28,893 nt of DNA from Deltaproteobacteria bacterium. GTDB lineage: Bacteria; Myxococcota; Kuafuiibacteriia; Kuafuiibacteriales; Kuafuiibacteriaceae. Location: assembly GCA_040218735.1 (NCBI GenBank), contig JAVJQW010000031.1:1-28893 (forward strand), in the 5' to 3' direction. Position numbers and translations under genes: made by a program. The notes below the pieces were generated by a model. It was given only the letters and a program-made list of their open reading frames with translations, ran no database searches and was not told where the DNA came from. Below are positions 1 through 7,576 of this stretch, piece by piece; the first letter of the stretch is position 1, and each line of letters begins with the position of its first letter.

Positions 1-1
1 T

Positions 2-355
2 ATGAACAGAAAAAACAATGCAGCCTCTCCTGGTCGGTTCATCGTTCTGGAGGTGAGCGTGGAGCTCATCGAGGAGCTCGTCGACGTGGTGAGCAAGATT
101 CGGAAGAAGGATGCGAGCTTGGCGAAGCAGATTCGGGACGCGGCGAGCTCGGTGGCGCTGAATCTCGGTGAAGGACGGCGGCGGGAAGGCGGGTCGAGGA
201 CGTACCACTACACGGTGGCTGCGGGGAGCGCGGACGAGGTGCGTTGCGCTCTGCGGGTGGCGGTGGCCTGGGGGTACGTGAAGGTGGAGGACGCAGCGGT
301 GAGCATGGAGCTCATCGATCGGATCAACGCGATGCTGTATCGGCTGACGCATTAG
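2..355 (+). CDS. Four-helix-bundle protein (23S rRNA IVP / Avd-like family)
   Basis: 117 aa all-helical protein with family motifs [19 protein letters not shown] and Y..AAGSADEV...L. The start is at the window edge, so upstream context is not visible. Confidence 0.9.
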   Translation: MNRKNNAASPGRFIVLEVSVELIEELVDVVSKIRKKDASLAKQIRDAASSVALNLGEGRRREGGSRTYHYTVAAGSADEVRCALRVAVAWGYVKVEDAAVSMELIDRINAMLYRLTH

Positions 356-365
356 GTGGAGGTAC

Positions 366-393
366 CGGCGGCGCTCCGCGAGGGGCGCCGCCG
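366..393 (+). other. GC-rich stem-loop with GCGA (GNRA) tetraloop
   Basis: CGGCGGCGCTCC-GCGA-GGGGCGCCGCCG: 12-bp stem with one U-G pair, 10 nt after the stop codon. No U-tract follows. Confidence 0.75.
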
Positions 394-395
394 CG

Positions 396-612
396 ATCCG
401 ACTCGGAATCCGAGTCCGTGGCCGATTTCGAATCCGAATCCGAATCCGTGGCCGAATCCGAGTCCGTGGCCGAATCCGAGTCCGTGGCCGAATCCGAGTC
501 CGTGGCCGAATCCGAGTCCGTGGCCGAATCCGAGTCCGTGGCCGAATCCGAGTCCGTGGCCGAATCCGAGTCCGTAGCCGAATCCGAGTCCGTAGCCGAA
601 TCCGAATCCGAT
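396..612. repeat. 18-bp tandem repeat (GAATCCGAGTCCGTGGCC), about 10 units, built on a 6-bp sub-period
   Basis: GTGGCC/GTAGCC recurs at 418, 448, 466, 484, 502, 520, 538, 556, 574 and 592. CCG recurs about every 6 nt. Units degenerate at both ends. Confidence 0.97.
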
Positions 613-619
613 CCCTCAG

Positions 620-1363
620 CTACTCGAAGTCCTCGAGCCTCACCTCCACCACATCCCCCCGCGCCAGCAGCGCCCGCCTGAACCGCCCCTTGTGCCAGGC
701 GCCGAACGTCACCACGAACAGCTTCCCCTCGCCGCGATGCGCGTCCAGCGCCCGCGCGATCAGCCCGAAGTGCGCGCGGTTGATGTTGGTCCAGCCGCCC
801 GGGCCCAGGTCCTCGTTGAAGAGCCGATCGTACGGCTCCATGCCCCGCTCGACGATCGCGTCGTAGGCGTCGGTGTGGATCATCGCCGGGTCGTCGGCCC
901 ACCCCTTCGCTTCGAGCTCCGCGTCCGCGGCCTCCATCGCGGCGTCGACCTCGCGTGACTCCTCGGGACGCGTCGCCTTCCACTCCGTGAGCTTCGCCTT
1001 CCGGTCGTCGGCCATCGCGCGGGTCCACGCCGCGCAGGGGACGATCTCGAAGTCCATGGTTCGGGTGAGCGGGAAGACGACGTCCGTGTACTCGGGGAAG
1101 CGCCGCACGCGGGGCTCGGTGATTGTGCCGGTGGCGGCGAACTGCGCCCGCGCAGCCTCGAAGCGGTCCGGGGGGATCTCCGCCAACACGTAGTCGGGGT
1201 CCACGCGCTCGATCAGCGCTCGAAGCGCATCCACGCCGTACCGCGTGCTCGTGCGGTGCCCGTCGTGGATCATGACGAGCACCAGGACGCGGTTCTTCCG
1301 CTCCGCCGGGGGCGCGTGCGCGCACCCGAGAGTCACCAGCAGCAGCAGGGCAAGTCCGCGCAC
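620..1363 (-). CDS. Hypothetical lipoprotein, possibly EreA/ChaN/TraB(Tiki)-like fold
   Basis: C-terminal 247 aa of ORF 620..4402. GTG start at 1363 gives signal [14 protein letters not shown] (lipobox). Motif order VLVMIH, VLAE, N.N, VTFGAWH resembles the superfamily. Confidence 0.75.
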   Translation of the reverse strand: MRGLALLLLVTLGCAHAPPAERKNRVLVLVMIHDGHRTSTRYGVDALRALIERVDPDYVLAEIPPDRFEAARAQFAATGTITEPRVRRFPEYTDVVFPLTRTMDFEIVPCAAWTRAMADDRKAKLTEWKATRPEESREVDAAMEAADAELEAKGWADDPAMIHTDAYDAIVERGMEPYDRLFNEDLGPGGWTNINRAHFGLIARALDAHRGEGKLFVVTFGAWHKGRFRRALLARGDVVEVRLEDFE

Positions 1364-1453
1364 GCGCTCCCGAATCCCCCGTCCCGCCCCTTCTTGTCCA
1401 CCCGAACGAATTTCGTGACCCGATCCCCACCCCCCTTCGCTCCATGGGGGGTG

Positions 1454-3964
1454 ATGCCGAGGTTGTTGCCCTGCCGCGTCGCGTCGCTCGCCTTCCTCGC
1501 CGCCCTGTCCTGCAAAGGGCTCGTCGGCGAGACGGACGGCCCCTCGGGCCCCGACGACCCGAACGTCCCCGTCGATGACCCCAACCTCGAGACCGGCCTC
1601 GACCACTGGACCGCCAAGTGCGCCGGCTGCCACGGCAACTTCGGCGCCGCCTCCGCGATCAGCTCCGGGAACGCCAACGGGGACTTCCGCCTCGACGCCA
1701 ACGCGGCCGTCGAAAAACACGGCGCCGGCCTCGAGGCCTACATCGACGCCGCGATGCCCCAGGCCGCGGCCGGGACCTGCGTGGGCCGCTGCGCCGAGCT
1801 CACCGGCGCGCTCATCCGCTCCAAGGCGCAACCTGTCTTGCCCGCCGACTGCCCCGCCGATCCCGCCCCAACCTACGGCGTCCGCGAGCTGAAGCTGCTC
1901 ACCAGCGCCGAGTACGACAACGCCCTCGAAGATCTCCTCGGCGCCCCGGGCGCGTACGGCGCGACCGTCGCCAACAACGACGGCGCGCTCGGCGGTTTCG
2001 TCAACATGCGCGGCAAGGGCGTCAACAGCGCGACGCTCGAGAGCTACGTCGCCAACGCCGAGGCCGTCGCGACCTGGGCGACGAGCAACGGCCGCCCGTT
2101 CACCTGCGGCGGCGACGCTACGGCGTGCGCGAACCGCTTCGTCGACGAGTTCCTCTTCTTCGCTTTCCGCGGCCCCGTCTCGGACGCGCAGCGCGCCGAG
2201 TACGTCGCGCTGTTCGAAACGTACCCCGCCGACGCGATGCAGCTCGCGCTCGAAGCCGCGCTGACTTCGCCCTACTTCCTGTACCGCGTCGAAGCCGGCG
2301 TCGATCTCACCACCGCGCGCGAGCGCGGCTACTACTCGGGCACCGGCGAGGCCGGCCCGACGAACGGCGCCACCGAAGAGATCCTCCCCGCGCAGTTCCC
2401 GCAGCAGGGCGGGCGCCTCGACGGCGACGTCTGGGGCTTCTTCGAAAACGGCGGCGTCGAGCTCGTCTTCACCACGCCGTTCACCGACCCGAGCACGATC
2501 GAGATCGACGCACGCGGCAGCAACCACGACCAGCACTGGCCCGAGCTCCGCGTGCGCGTGAGCGGCCACGAGATCGGCGTGGAGCGCGTCGACACCCAGA
2601 CCCTCACCACCTACCGCTTCACCGTCACGGGCGAGACCGGCACCCCCCGCGTCCGCATCTCGTTCGACAACGACTCCGGCGTCGCGCCGTATGGCCCCGG
2701 GCAAGACGCCAACCTCTTCATCGGTAGCGTCCGGCTCGTGACGACGTCGAGCGAGCCGCCGCCGATGATGCCGCCGCCCGCCGGAGACGCCCTCGCCGAC
2801 GTCGACCCGAACGCCTACGTGCTCACGCCGTACGAGCTGGCGTCCACCCTCGCCTTCATGCTCACCGGCTCTACGCCGGACCGCACCCTCCTCGCCGCGG
2901 CACGGGCCGACCAACTCACCACGCGCGCGCAGATTCGCGCGCAGGTCGAACGCCTCATCGACAGCGAGCGCGGCCGCGCGCACTTCGGCGACTTCGTCAC
3001 GCAGTGGTTCGACCTCGACGCCGTGAAGAGCGCCACCCGGCCCGACGTCACCGAGTTCACGCCCGCCGTGAAGGACGCGATGGTCGAAGAGGTGCGCCAG
3101 CACTTCGCGCACGTCTTCTATGAACCCGACGCCCCCTACCGCGAGTTCTTCGGCGGCGACTACACGTTCCTGAACCGCACCCTCGCCGACTTCTACGGAG
3201 TGACCGGCAACTTCGGAGACACGTTCACGCAGACCGTCGTCGAAGGTCGCGGCGGCCCGATCGCGAGCGGCGCGTTCATGGCGGCGAACGCACACGCCGA
3301 ACGCACCGCGCCGATCCTCCGCGCGGTGCACAGCCGGCAAGCGGCGCTCTGCCACTACATCGACCCGCCCAATTCCCCCATCGCGGGCGACGACATCGAC
3401 GCGCAGCGCGCCGCAGCGCAGATGCGGGTCACGGAGCGCGAGGCAGAGGGCACGCTGAGCAGCCGCGAGTTCTACTTCCTCTACACCGACGGCATCGAGG
3501 CCTGCGCCGGCTGCCACGAGAAGATCATCAACCCGATGTTCGGGATGGAGGACTTCGATCACGTCGGTCGTCTCCGCCCCACCGCAGCGGCCGGCACCGT
3601 GCTCGAGACGGTACGCGGCGAAGAGGTCGCGGTGTCGCTGGAGGGGACGCTGTTCGGCGTCGACTCCACGAGCGATCAGGCTTCGCTCGAGTATAGCGGC
3701 GCCAAGGACTTCTCGAACCAGATCGCCGACACCGACGCGGTGAAGTCGTGCCTCGTGCGCCGCGGGTTCCGCTTCGCCACCGGTCTCACCTTCAACGACC
3801 GCGACCTCGACACCGCGAACCAGGAGTCGCTCACCGAGGAGCAGCGCAACGCCTACGCGTGCATCGCATCGCGGATGAACGACGCGCTCGTCGACGCCAA
3901 CGAGAGCCCCCGCGCGATGTTCGTCGAGCTGGCCACGGAGTCGCTGGTGCGTCTGCGCCGCTGA
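1454..3964 (+). CDS. DUF1592-family (DUF1587/1595/1592/1588/1585) lipoprotein with N-terminal cytochrome c and an inserted CBM-like domain
   Basis: Lipobox LAALSC; CAGCH at 1619 and 3503; [71 protein letters not shown]. Confidence 0.9.
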   Translation: MPRLLPCRVASLAFLAALSCKGLVGETDGPSGPDDPNVPVDDPNLETGLDHWTAKCAGCHGNFGAASAISSGNANGDFRLDANAAVEKHGAGLEAYIDAAMPQAAAGTCVGRCAELTGALIRSKAQPVLPADCPADPAPTYGVRELKLLTSAEYDNALEDLLGAPGAYGATVANNDGALGGFVNMRGKGVNSATLESYVANAEAVATWATSNGRPFTCGGDATACANRFVDEFLFFAFRGPVSDAQRAEYVALFETYPADAMQLALEAALTSPYFLYRVEAGVDLTTARERGYYSGTGEAGPTNGATEEILPAQFPQQGGRLDGDVWGFFENGGVELVFTTPFTDPSTIEIDARGSNHDQHWPELRVRVSGHEIGVERVDTQTLTTYRFTVTGETGTPRVRISFDNDSGVAPYGPGQDANLFIGSVRLVTTSSEPPPMMPPPAGDALADVDPNAYVLTPYELASTLAFMLTGSTPDRTLLAAARADQLTTRAQIRAQVERLIDSERGRAHFGDFVTQWFDLDAVKSATRPDVTEFTPAVKDAMVEEVRQHFAHVFYEPDAPYREFFGGDYTFLNRTLADFYGVTGNFGDTFTQTVVEGRGGPIASGAFMAANAHAERTAPILRAVHSRQAALCHYIDPPNSPIAGDDIDAQRAAAQMRVTEREAEGTLSSREFYFLYTDGIEACAGCHEKIINPMFGMEDFDHVGRLRPTAAAGTVLETVRGEEVAVSLEGTLFGVDSTSDQASLEYSGAKDFSNQIADTDAVKSCLVRRGFRFATGLTFNDRDLDTANQESLTEEQRNAYACIASRMNDALVDANESPRAMFVELATESLVRLRR

Positions 3965-3975
3965 GGAGCCCCGAG

Positions 3976-5265
3976 ATGAAGGACACGAACCACCGCAACA
4001 ACCGCCGCGAGTTCCTCGGCTTGGCTTCCCGGATCGGCGCCGCGGCGCTGGCGTCGCCGCTGGTCGGCGGCCTCCTCGGCTCGCGCGTCGCACGCGCGCA
4101 GGCCACCGGCCCCAAGCGCGTGGTGTTCGTCTACACCCCCGACGGCGCGCCCAACGGTCTGTGGCTCCCGAACGGCAATACACTGAATGTCGCGACGCGG
4201 GCCTACGAGGGCCTTCAGTCGGTCTGTCACTTCCGCGAGGTCGACGTCGTGAGCAGCGGCCACGGCCTCGCGCGCAAGTGCCTCGGGGCGCTGCGCTGGT
4301 CGCAGGACTGGACGAGCGACACCGTGGACCAGCAGGTCGCGAGTGTCCTCGGCGCGACGACGCCGTACGAGTCGTACACCCTCGGCGTGCAGGCCAACCC
4401 ACAGGAGGTCGTCGGGCGGAAGTCGGGGGACGCGGTGCCCGCGCAGAACAGCCCGGCCGCAGCGTACGAGCAGCTCTTCGGCGGCGCGCCGCCCACGAGT
4501 GACACCGCCGGTTTCCTCGCGCGAAAGCAGAGCGTGATGGACGTGAACCGCGCTGCGCTCGCGGAGCTGAAGGGGCGCCTCGGCACCTTCGAACGCGAGA
4601 CGTTGGAGAAACACGAAGTCGCGCTGCGCCAGGTCGAGCAGCGGCTCGTGGACTCCGTGAACTTCGAACCCGCGGAGGGCTGCGAGGCGCCGGCGTGGAA
4701 CGCAGGAGGGTACCCGACCGACGGCGGCGAGGGCGTCCCGTTCCTCCACACCGCCGAGCTGCAGTCGGACGTGATCGTCGCGGCGCTGTCGTGCGGCATC
4801 ACCAACGTGATGACGCTTCAGCTCGGATGGCACCAGGCGACCTGGTACGGCCACGACACCAACTACCGCGGCGACCACCACGGCTCATGTCACGCCGCCC
4901 CCGCGGCGGACAACGCGGAGATGACGAACTACCTCAGCCGCTGCGTCGCGTACCTCGTGCGCCGGCTCGTCGAAGAGGACGACCCCGCGGCGCCCGGCAC
5001 GAAGATGATCGACAACACCGTCGTCGTGCAGGTGACCGACATGGGCGACGGCCAGGACCACTCCGGCGGCAACGGCCCGAACATGATCGCGACCCGAATG
5101 CCGAGCTTCCGCACCGGAACGACCTCCTCGGGCGGCAACAACCTCGAAGTCCTCGAAGCGGTCGTCGAAGGCCTCGGCCTCGGGATGTACAAGGGCGAAG
5201 ACGCCAACGCGCACAAGATCTGGCCGCACGCAGGCGGCAGCGTGGCGACAGACCTGCTGAGCTAG
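3976..5265 (+). CDS. DUF1552 (HXXSHH) family Tat-exported protein
   Basis: RBS GAGGAG at 3963; twin-arginine RREFL signal; KRVVFVYTPDG, TVDQQVA, ALSCGITNV, HHGSCH, DMGDGQDH. Canonical partner of DUF1592 proteins. Confidence 0.9.
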   Translation: MKDTNHRNNRREFLGLASRIGAAALASPLVGGLLGSRVARAQATGPKRVVFVYTPDGAPNGLWLPNGNTLNVATRAYEGLQSVCHFREVDVVSSGHGLARKCLGALRWSQDWTSDTVDQQVASVLGATTPYESYTLGVQANPQEVVGRKSGDAVPAQNSPAAAYEQLFGGAPPTSDTAGFLARKQSVMDVNRAALAELKGRLGTFERETLEKHEVALRQVEQRLVDSVNFEPAEGCEAPAWNAGGYPTDGGEGVPFLHTAELQSDVIVAALSCGITNVMTLQLGWHQATWYGHDTNYRGDHHGSCHAAPAADNAEMTNYLSRCVAYLVRRLVEEDDPAAPGTKMIDNTVVVQVTDMGDGQDHSGGNGPNMIATRMPSFRTGTTSSGGNNLEVLEAVVEGLGLGMYKGEDANAHKIWPHAGGSVATDLLS

Positions 5266-6137
5266 GCGGCGGCGCGCGCGCCGAGGTGACGCGCGAGGAA
5301 GGCCTTCGTGTGGCGGGCGAACGTCGCGGCGTGCTCCTCGTGCACGAACAGCTTTCCGCCCTCGATGACCTCCAGGTCCGAGCCCTCCGGGAACTGATCG
5401 AGCATCCCGCGCGCACCGGCGAGCGGGAACCACGGGTCGTCGGCGCCCCACACCATGCGCACCGGCGCCTTCAGCTCGCGGTGCAGCTTGCGGAGGTTCT
5501 TCAGGTCGTCCTTGTCGAAGTGCTGGATCAGCTCGAACGCGCCGCGGCTCCGCTGCGGGTCCGCGAGCGGCTCGACGACCCGGTTGAAAAACGGACCCTC
5601 GGCGTAGCTCGGATCGGTGAAACAACCGCCGAACCCGAGCACGCTCCTGCGGAAGGTCTTCGACTTCAGGCAGAGGGCCATCAGGCTGCGCCCGCCGGGG
5701 ACGTGCGCGAGCATGAAGTAGACACCGAGCATCCACGGGACGTGGCCCGGGATCTCCGTGTTGCCGAAGACCATCGCGCGGACGTGCTCGGGGCGACGTG
5801 CGGCGATCATCCGGGCGACGACCGCACCGCTGTCGTGCGCGACGAGGGCGTAGTCCTGGATCTGGAGGGCGTCGAGGGCGGCGATGAGCGCGTCCGCGTG
5901 GCGGCGGAGTTTGACGTCGTGCGGTCGGTCGTACTCCGTCTCCCCCGCGCCCGGGAGATCGAACACGTGGCACGTGTAGTCGTCGGCGAGCCGCTCCACG
6001 AGCGGCGCCCAGGTGCGGCCGTCGAGGGGCCAGCCGTGCACGAACACCACGTCGGGGCCTTGCCCGGTGTGGCGGTACGCGAGGCGGGCGTGGCCGGCGT
6101 CCACGAAGTTCACGTCGAGGTCGTCGTAGCGAGTCAT
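5262..6137 (-). CDS. Alpha/beta hydrolase (epoxide hydrolase/dehalogenase-like)
   Basis: VHGWP, FDLPGAG, AHDSG nucleophile elbow, WGADD. Start taken at MTRYDD. Confidence 0.9.
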   Translation of the reverse strand: MTRYDDLDVNFVDAGHARLAYRHTGQGPDVVFVHGWPLDGRTWAPLVERLADDYTCHVFDLPGAGETEYDRPHDVKLRRHADALIAALDALQIQDYALVAHDSGAVVARMIAARRPEHVRAMVFGNTEIPGHVPWMLGVYFMLAHVPGGRSLMALCLKSKTFRRSVLGFGGCFTDPSYAEGPFFNRVVEPLADPQRSRGAFELIQHFDKDDLKNLRKLHRELKAPVRMVWGADDPWFPLAGARGMLDQFPEGSDLEVIEGGKLFVHEEHAATFARHTKAFLARHLGARAAA

Positions 6138-6172
6138 GCCTGCACCGTGCGATTCGCGGCCCTCGCCTGCCA

Positions 6173-6190
6173 ATGACCTCGGGAGGTCAT
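6173..6190. promoter_or_regulatory. Palindromic operator between divergent hydrolase and XRE regulator
   Basis: Perfect inverted repeat ATGACCTC-GG-GAGGTCAT in the 88-bp divergent intergenic region. Confidence 0.75.
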
Positions 6191-6225
6191 GGCGCTCGAC
6201 GGGGCATCCAAGTTACCGATCTTCC

Positions 6226-7017
6226 ATGGCCTCTCGAACCGCCCTGTTCCCCGCGCTCCTCAAGTACTGGCGACGCGAGCGCGGGATGAGCCAGCTCGAC
6301 TTCGCGCTGACGGCCGACGTCTCCACGCGGCACCTGAGCTACATGGAGACGGGCCGCGCCAAACCCAGCCGCGAGATGGTGCTCCGCCTCGCCGGCGTGC
6401 TCGGCGTCCCGCTGCGCGAGCAGAACGCGATGCTGCGCGCGGCCGGGTTCGAAGCGGAGTTCGAGGAGCCGGCGTTCGACGACGGCCTGACGCCGGAGGT
6501 CGAGTACATCCTCGACACGATGCTGAAGGCCCACGAGCCGTACCCAATGGCGATCATGAACCGTCGGTACGACGCGCTCCGGGTGAACGAACCAGCGCAG
6601 CGTCTCCTCGCGTCGGTCATCGCGGATCCGTCCGCGCTCCCCACGCCGCTCAACCTCTTCCACATCCTGCTCGACGAGCGGCTCTGCAAACCGTTCGTCC
6701 AAGACTGGGAGCGCACGGCCCGCCTGATGATGACACGCCTGCAGCGTGAGTGTCTGATGTCGCCGCAGGACGACGACCTGCAAGATCTCTTGCGCAGCTC
6801 CCTGGAGTACGCGCCCGACGACTGGCGTGAACCGGATCTCTCGACGCCCATGGACGCGCTCCTCACGATTCGCCTGAAGCGCGACGACGTCGAGCTCGCG
6901 CTCATCACGATGCTCACCGTGTTCAGCGCGCCGCAGAACGTGACGTTGGAGGAGCTGCGGATCGAGAGTTACTTCCCCGCCGACGAAGCGACGCGACACT
7001 TCTTCGAGCAAGCCTGA
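6226..7017 (+). CDS. XRE/HTH transcriptional regulator with MmyB-like ligand-binding domain
   Basis: WRRERGMSQLDFA..ADVSTRHLSYMETGRAKPSREM HTH; HEPYPM, NLF, ELRIESYFPADEAT in the C-terminal domain. Confidence 0.93.
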   Translation: MASRTALFPALLKYWRRERGMSQLDFALTADVSTRHLSYMETGRAKPSREMVLRLAGVLGVPLREQNAMLRAAGFEAEFEEPAFDDGLTPEVEYILDTMLKAHEPYPMAIMNRRYDALRVNEPAQRLLASVIADPSALPTPLNLFHILLDERLCKPFVQDWERTARLMMTRLQRECLMSPQDDDLQDLLRSSLEYAPDDWREPDLSTPMDALLTIRLKRDDVELALITMLTVFSAPQNVTLEELRIESYFPADEATRHFFEQA

Positions 7018-7557
7018 CTACCGGGGGCCGCAGACGTTCGGGTCATCGCCCGGCCAGCGCGCCATGACCGTCTTCGACGCCGTCGCCGAGACCTTCGTGG
7101 TCGACGTCGGCTCGTACCAGACCTCGGTGCGGATCTCGACGCGCGCGTCCTCGAACTTCCAGGGCTGGATGAGGAAGCCGGTCATGCCGGCCGCCTCGCA
7201 GACGTCCTCGCCGTCGACCGGTTCGAGCGCGATGGCGAAGCTCGAGCGGCTCATCGTCGTGGTGCCCGTGTCGGCGTAGACGACCTCGTAGCGCAGCTTC
7301 GTCCCGCGCGACGGGAAGCCGACGGTGCGGACGCCCAACCAGAAGTGACAGCCGCCCTGCGGCCCGGGCGCGAAGAACAGGTCCTGCCCATCGACGAGGG
7401 GCTCGAACGAAGACTCGCCGGTACCGAGCTCGTAGGACGGGTTCGCCTCCGCCGAGCACTCCACGACGCCCGCGTCCATCGAACCAGGTCCCGGCCCTCC
7501 GCACGCCGTCAGCAGGACCACTGCGACGAACGGAAGGCCGGGACCCCGAACACACAT
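7018..7557 (-). CDS. Hypothetical lipoprotein
   Basis: Signal ...VAVVLLTA-C; ELGTG...GPQGGCHFW segment; Cys pairs. The upstream part of ORF 7018..7878 overlaps the next gene, so the start was trimmed. Confidence 0.75.
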   Translation of the reverse strand: MCVRGPGLPFVAVVLLTACGGPGPGSMDAGVVECSAEANPSYELGTGESSFEPLVDGQDLFFAPGPQGGCHFWLGVRTVGFPSRGTKLRYEVVYADTGTTTMSRSSFAIALEPVDGEDVCEAAGMTGFLIQPWKFEDARVEIRTEVWYEPTSTTKVSATASKTVMARWPGDDPNVCGPR

Positions 7558-7576
7558 CTTGGGAAACGGTCGGGGG

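Noticed and set aside
396-612. CRISPR array
   Set aside because: Units are contiguous with no unique spacers, and no cas genes are present.
2-612. Complete diversity-generating retroelement or 23S rRNA intervening sequence
   Set aside because: No reverse transcriptase, TR/VR pair or rRNA in the window. Sequence upstream of position 1 cannot be seen.
355-650. 9-bp inverted repeat GGTGGAGGT / ACCTCCACC as element termini
   Set aside because: Short, the right copy is inside a coding region, and no target-site duplication is seen, so chance is plausible.
244-1445. ORFs 244..681 (+) and 324..1445 (-) as SD-repeat proteins
   Set aside because: They overlap better-supported genes and are open through the array only because the repeat lacks stops.
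1364-4402. N-terminal ~1000 aa of the 1260-aa minus-strand ORF
   Set aside because: Antisense shadow of the DUF1592/DUF1552 genes, typical of high-GC DNA. Only 620-1363 looks real.
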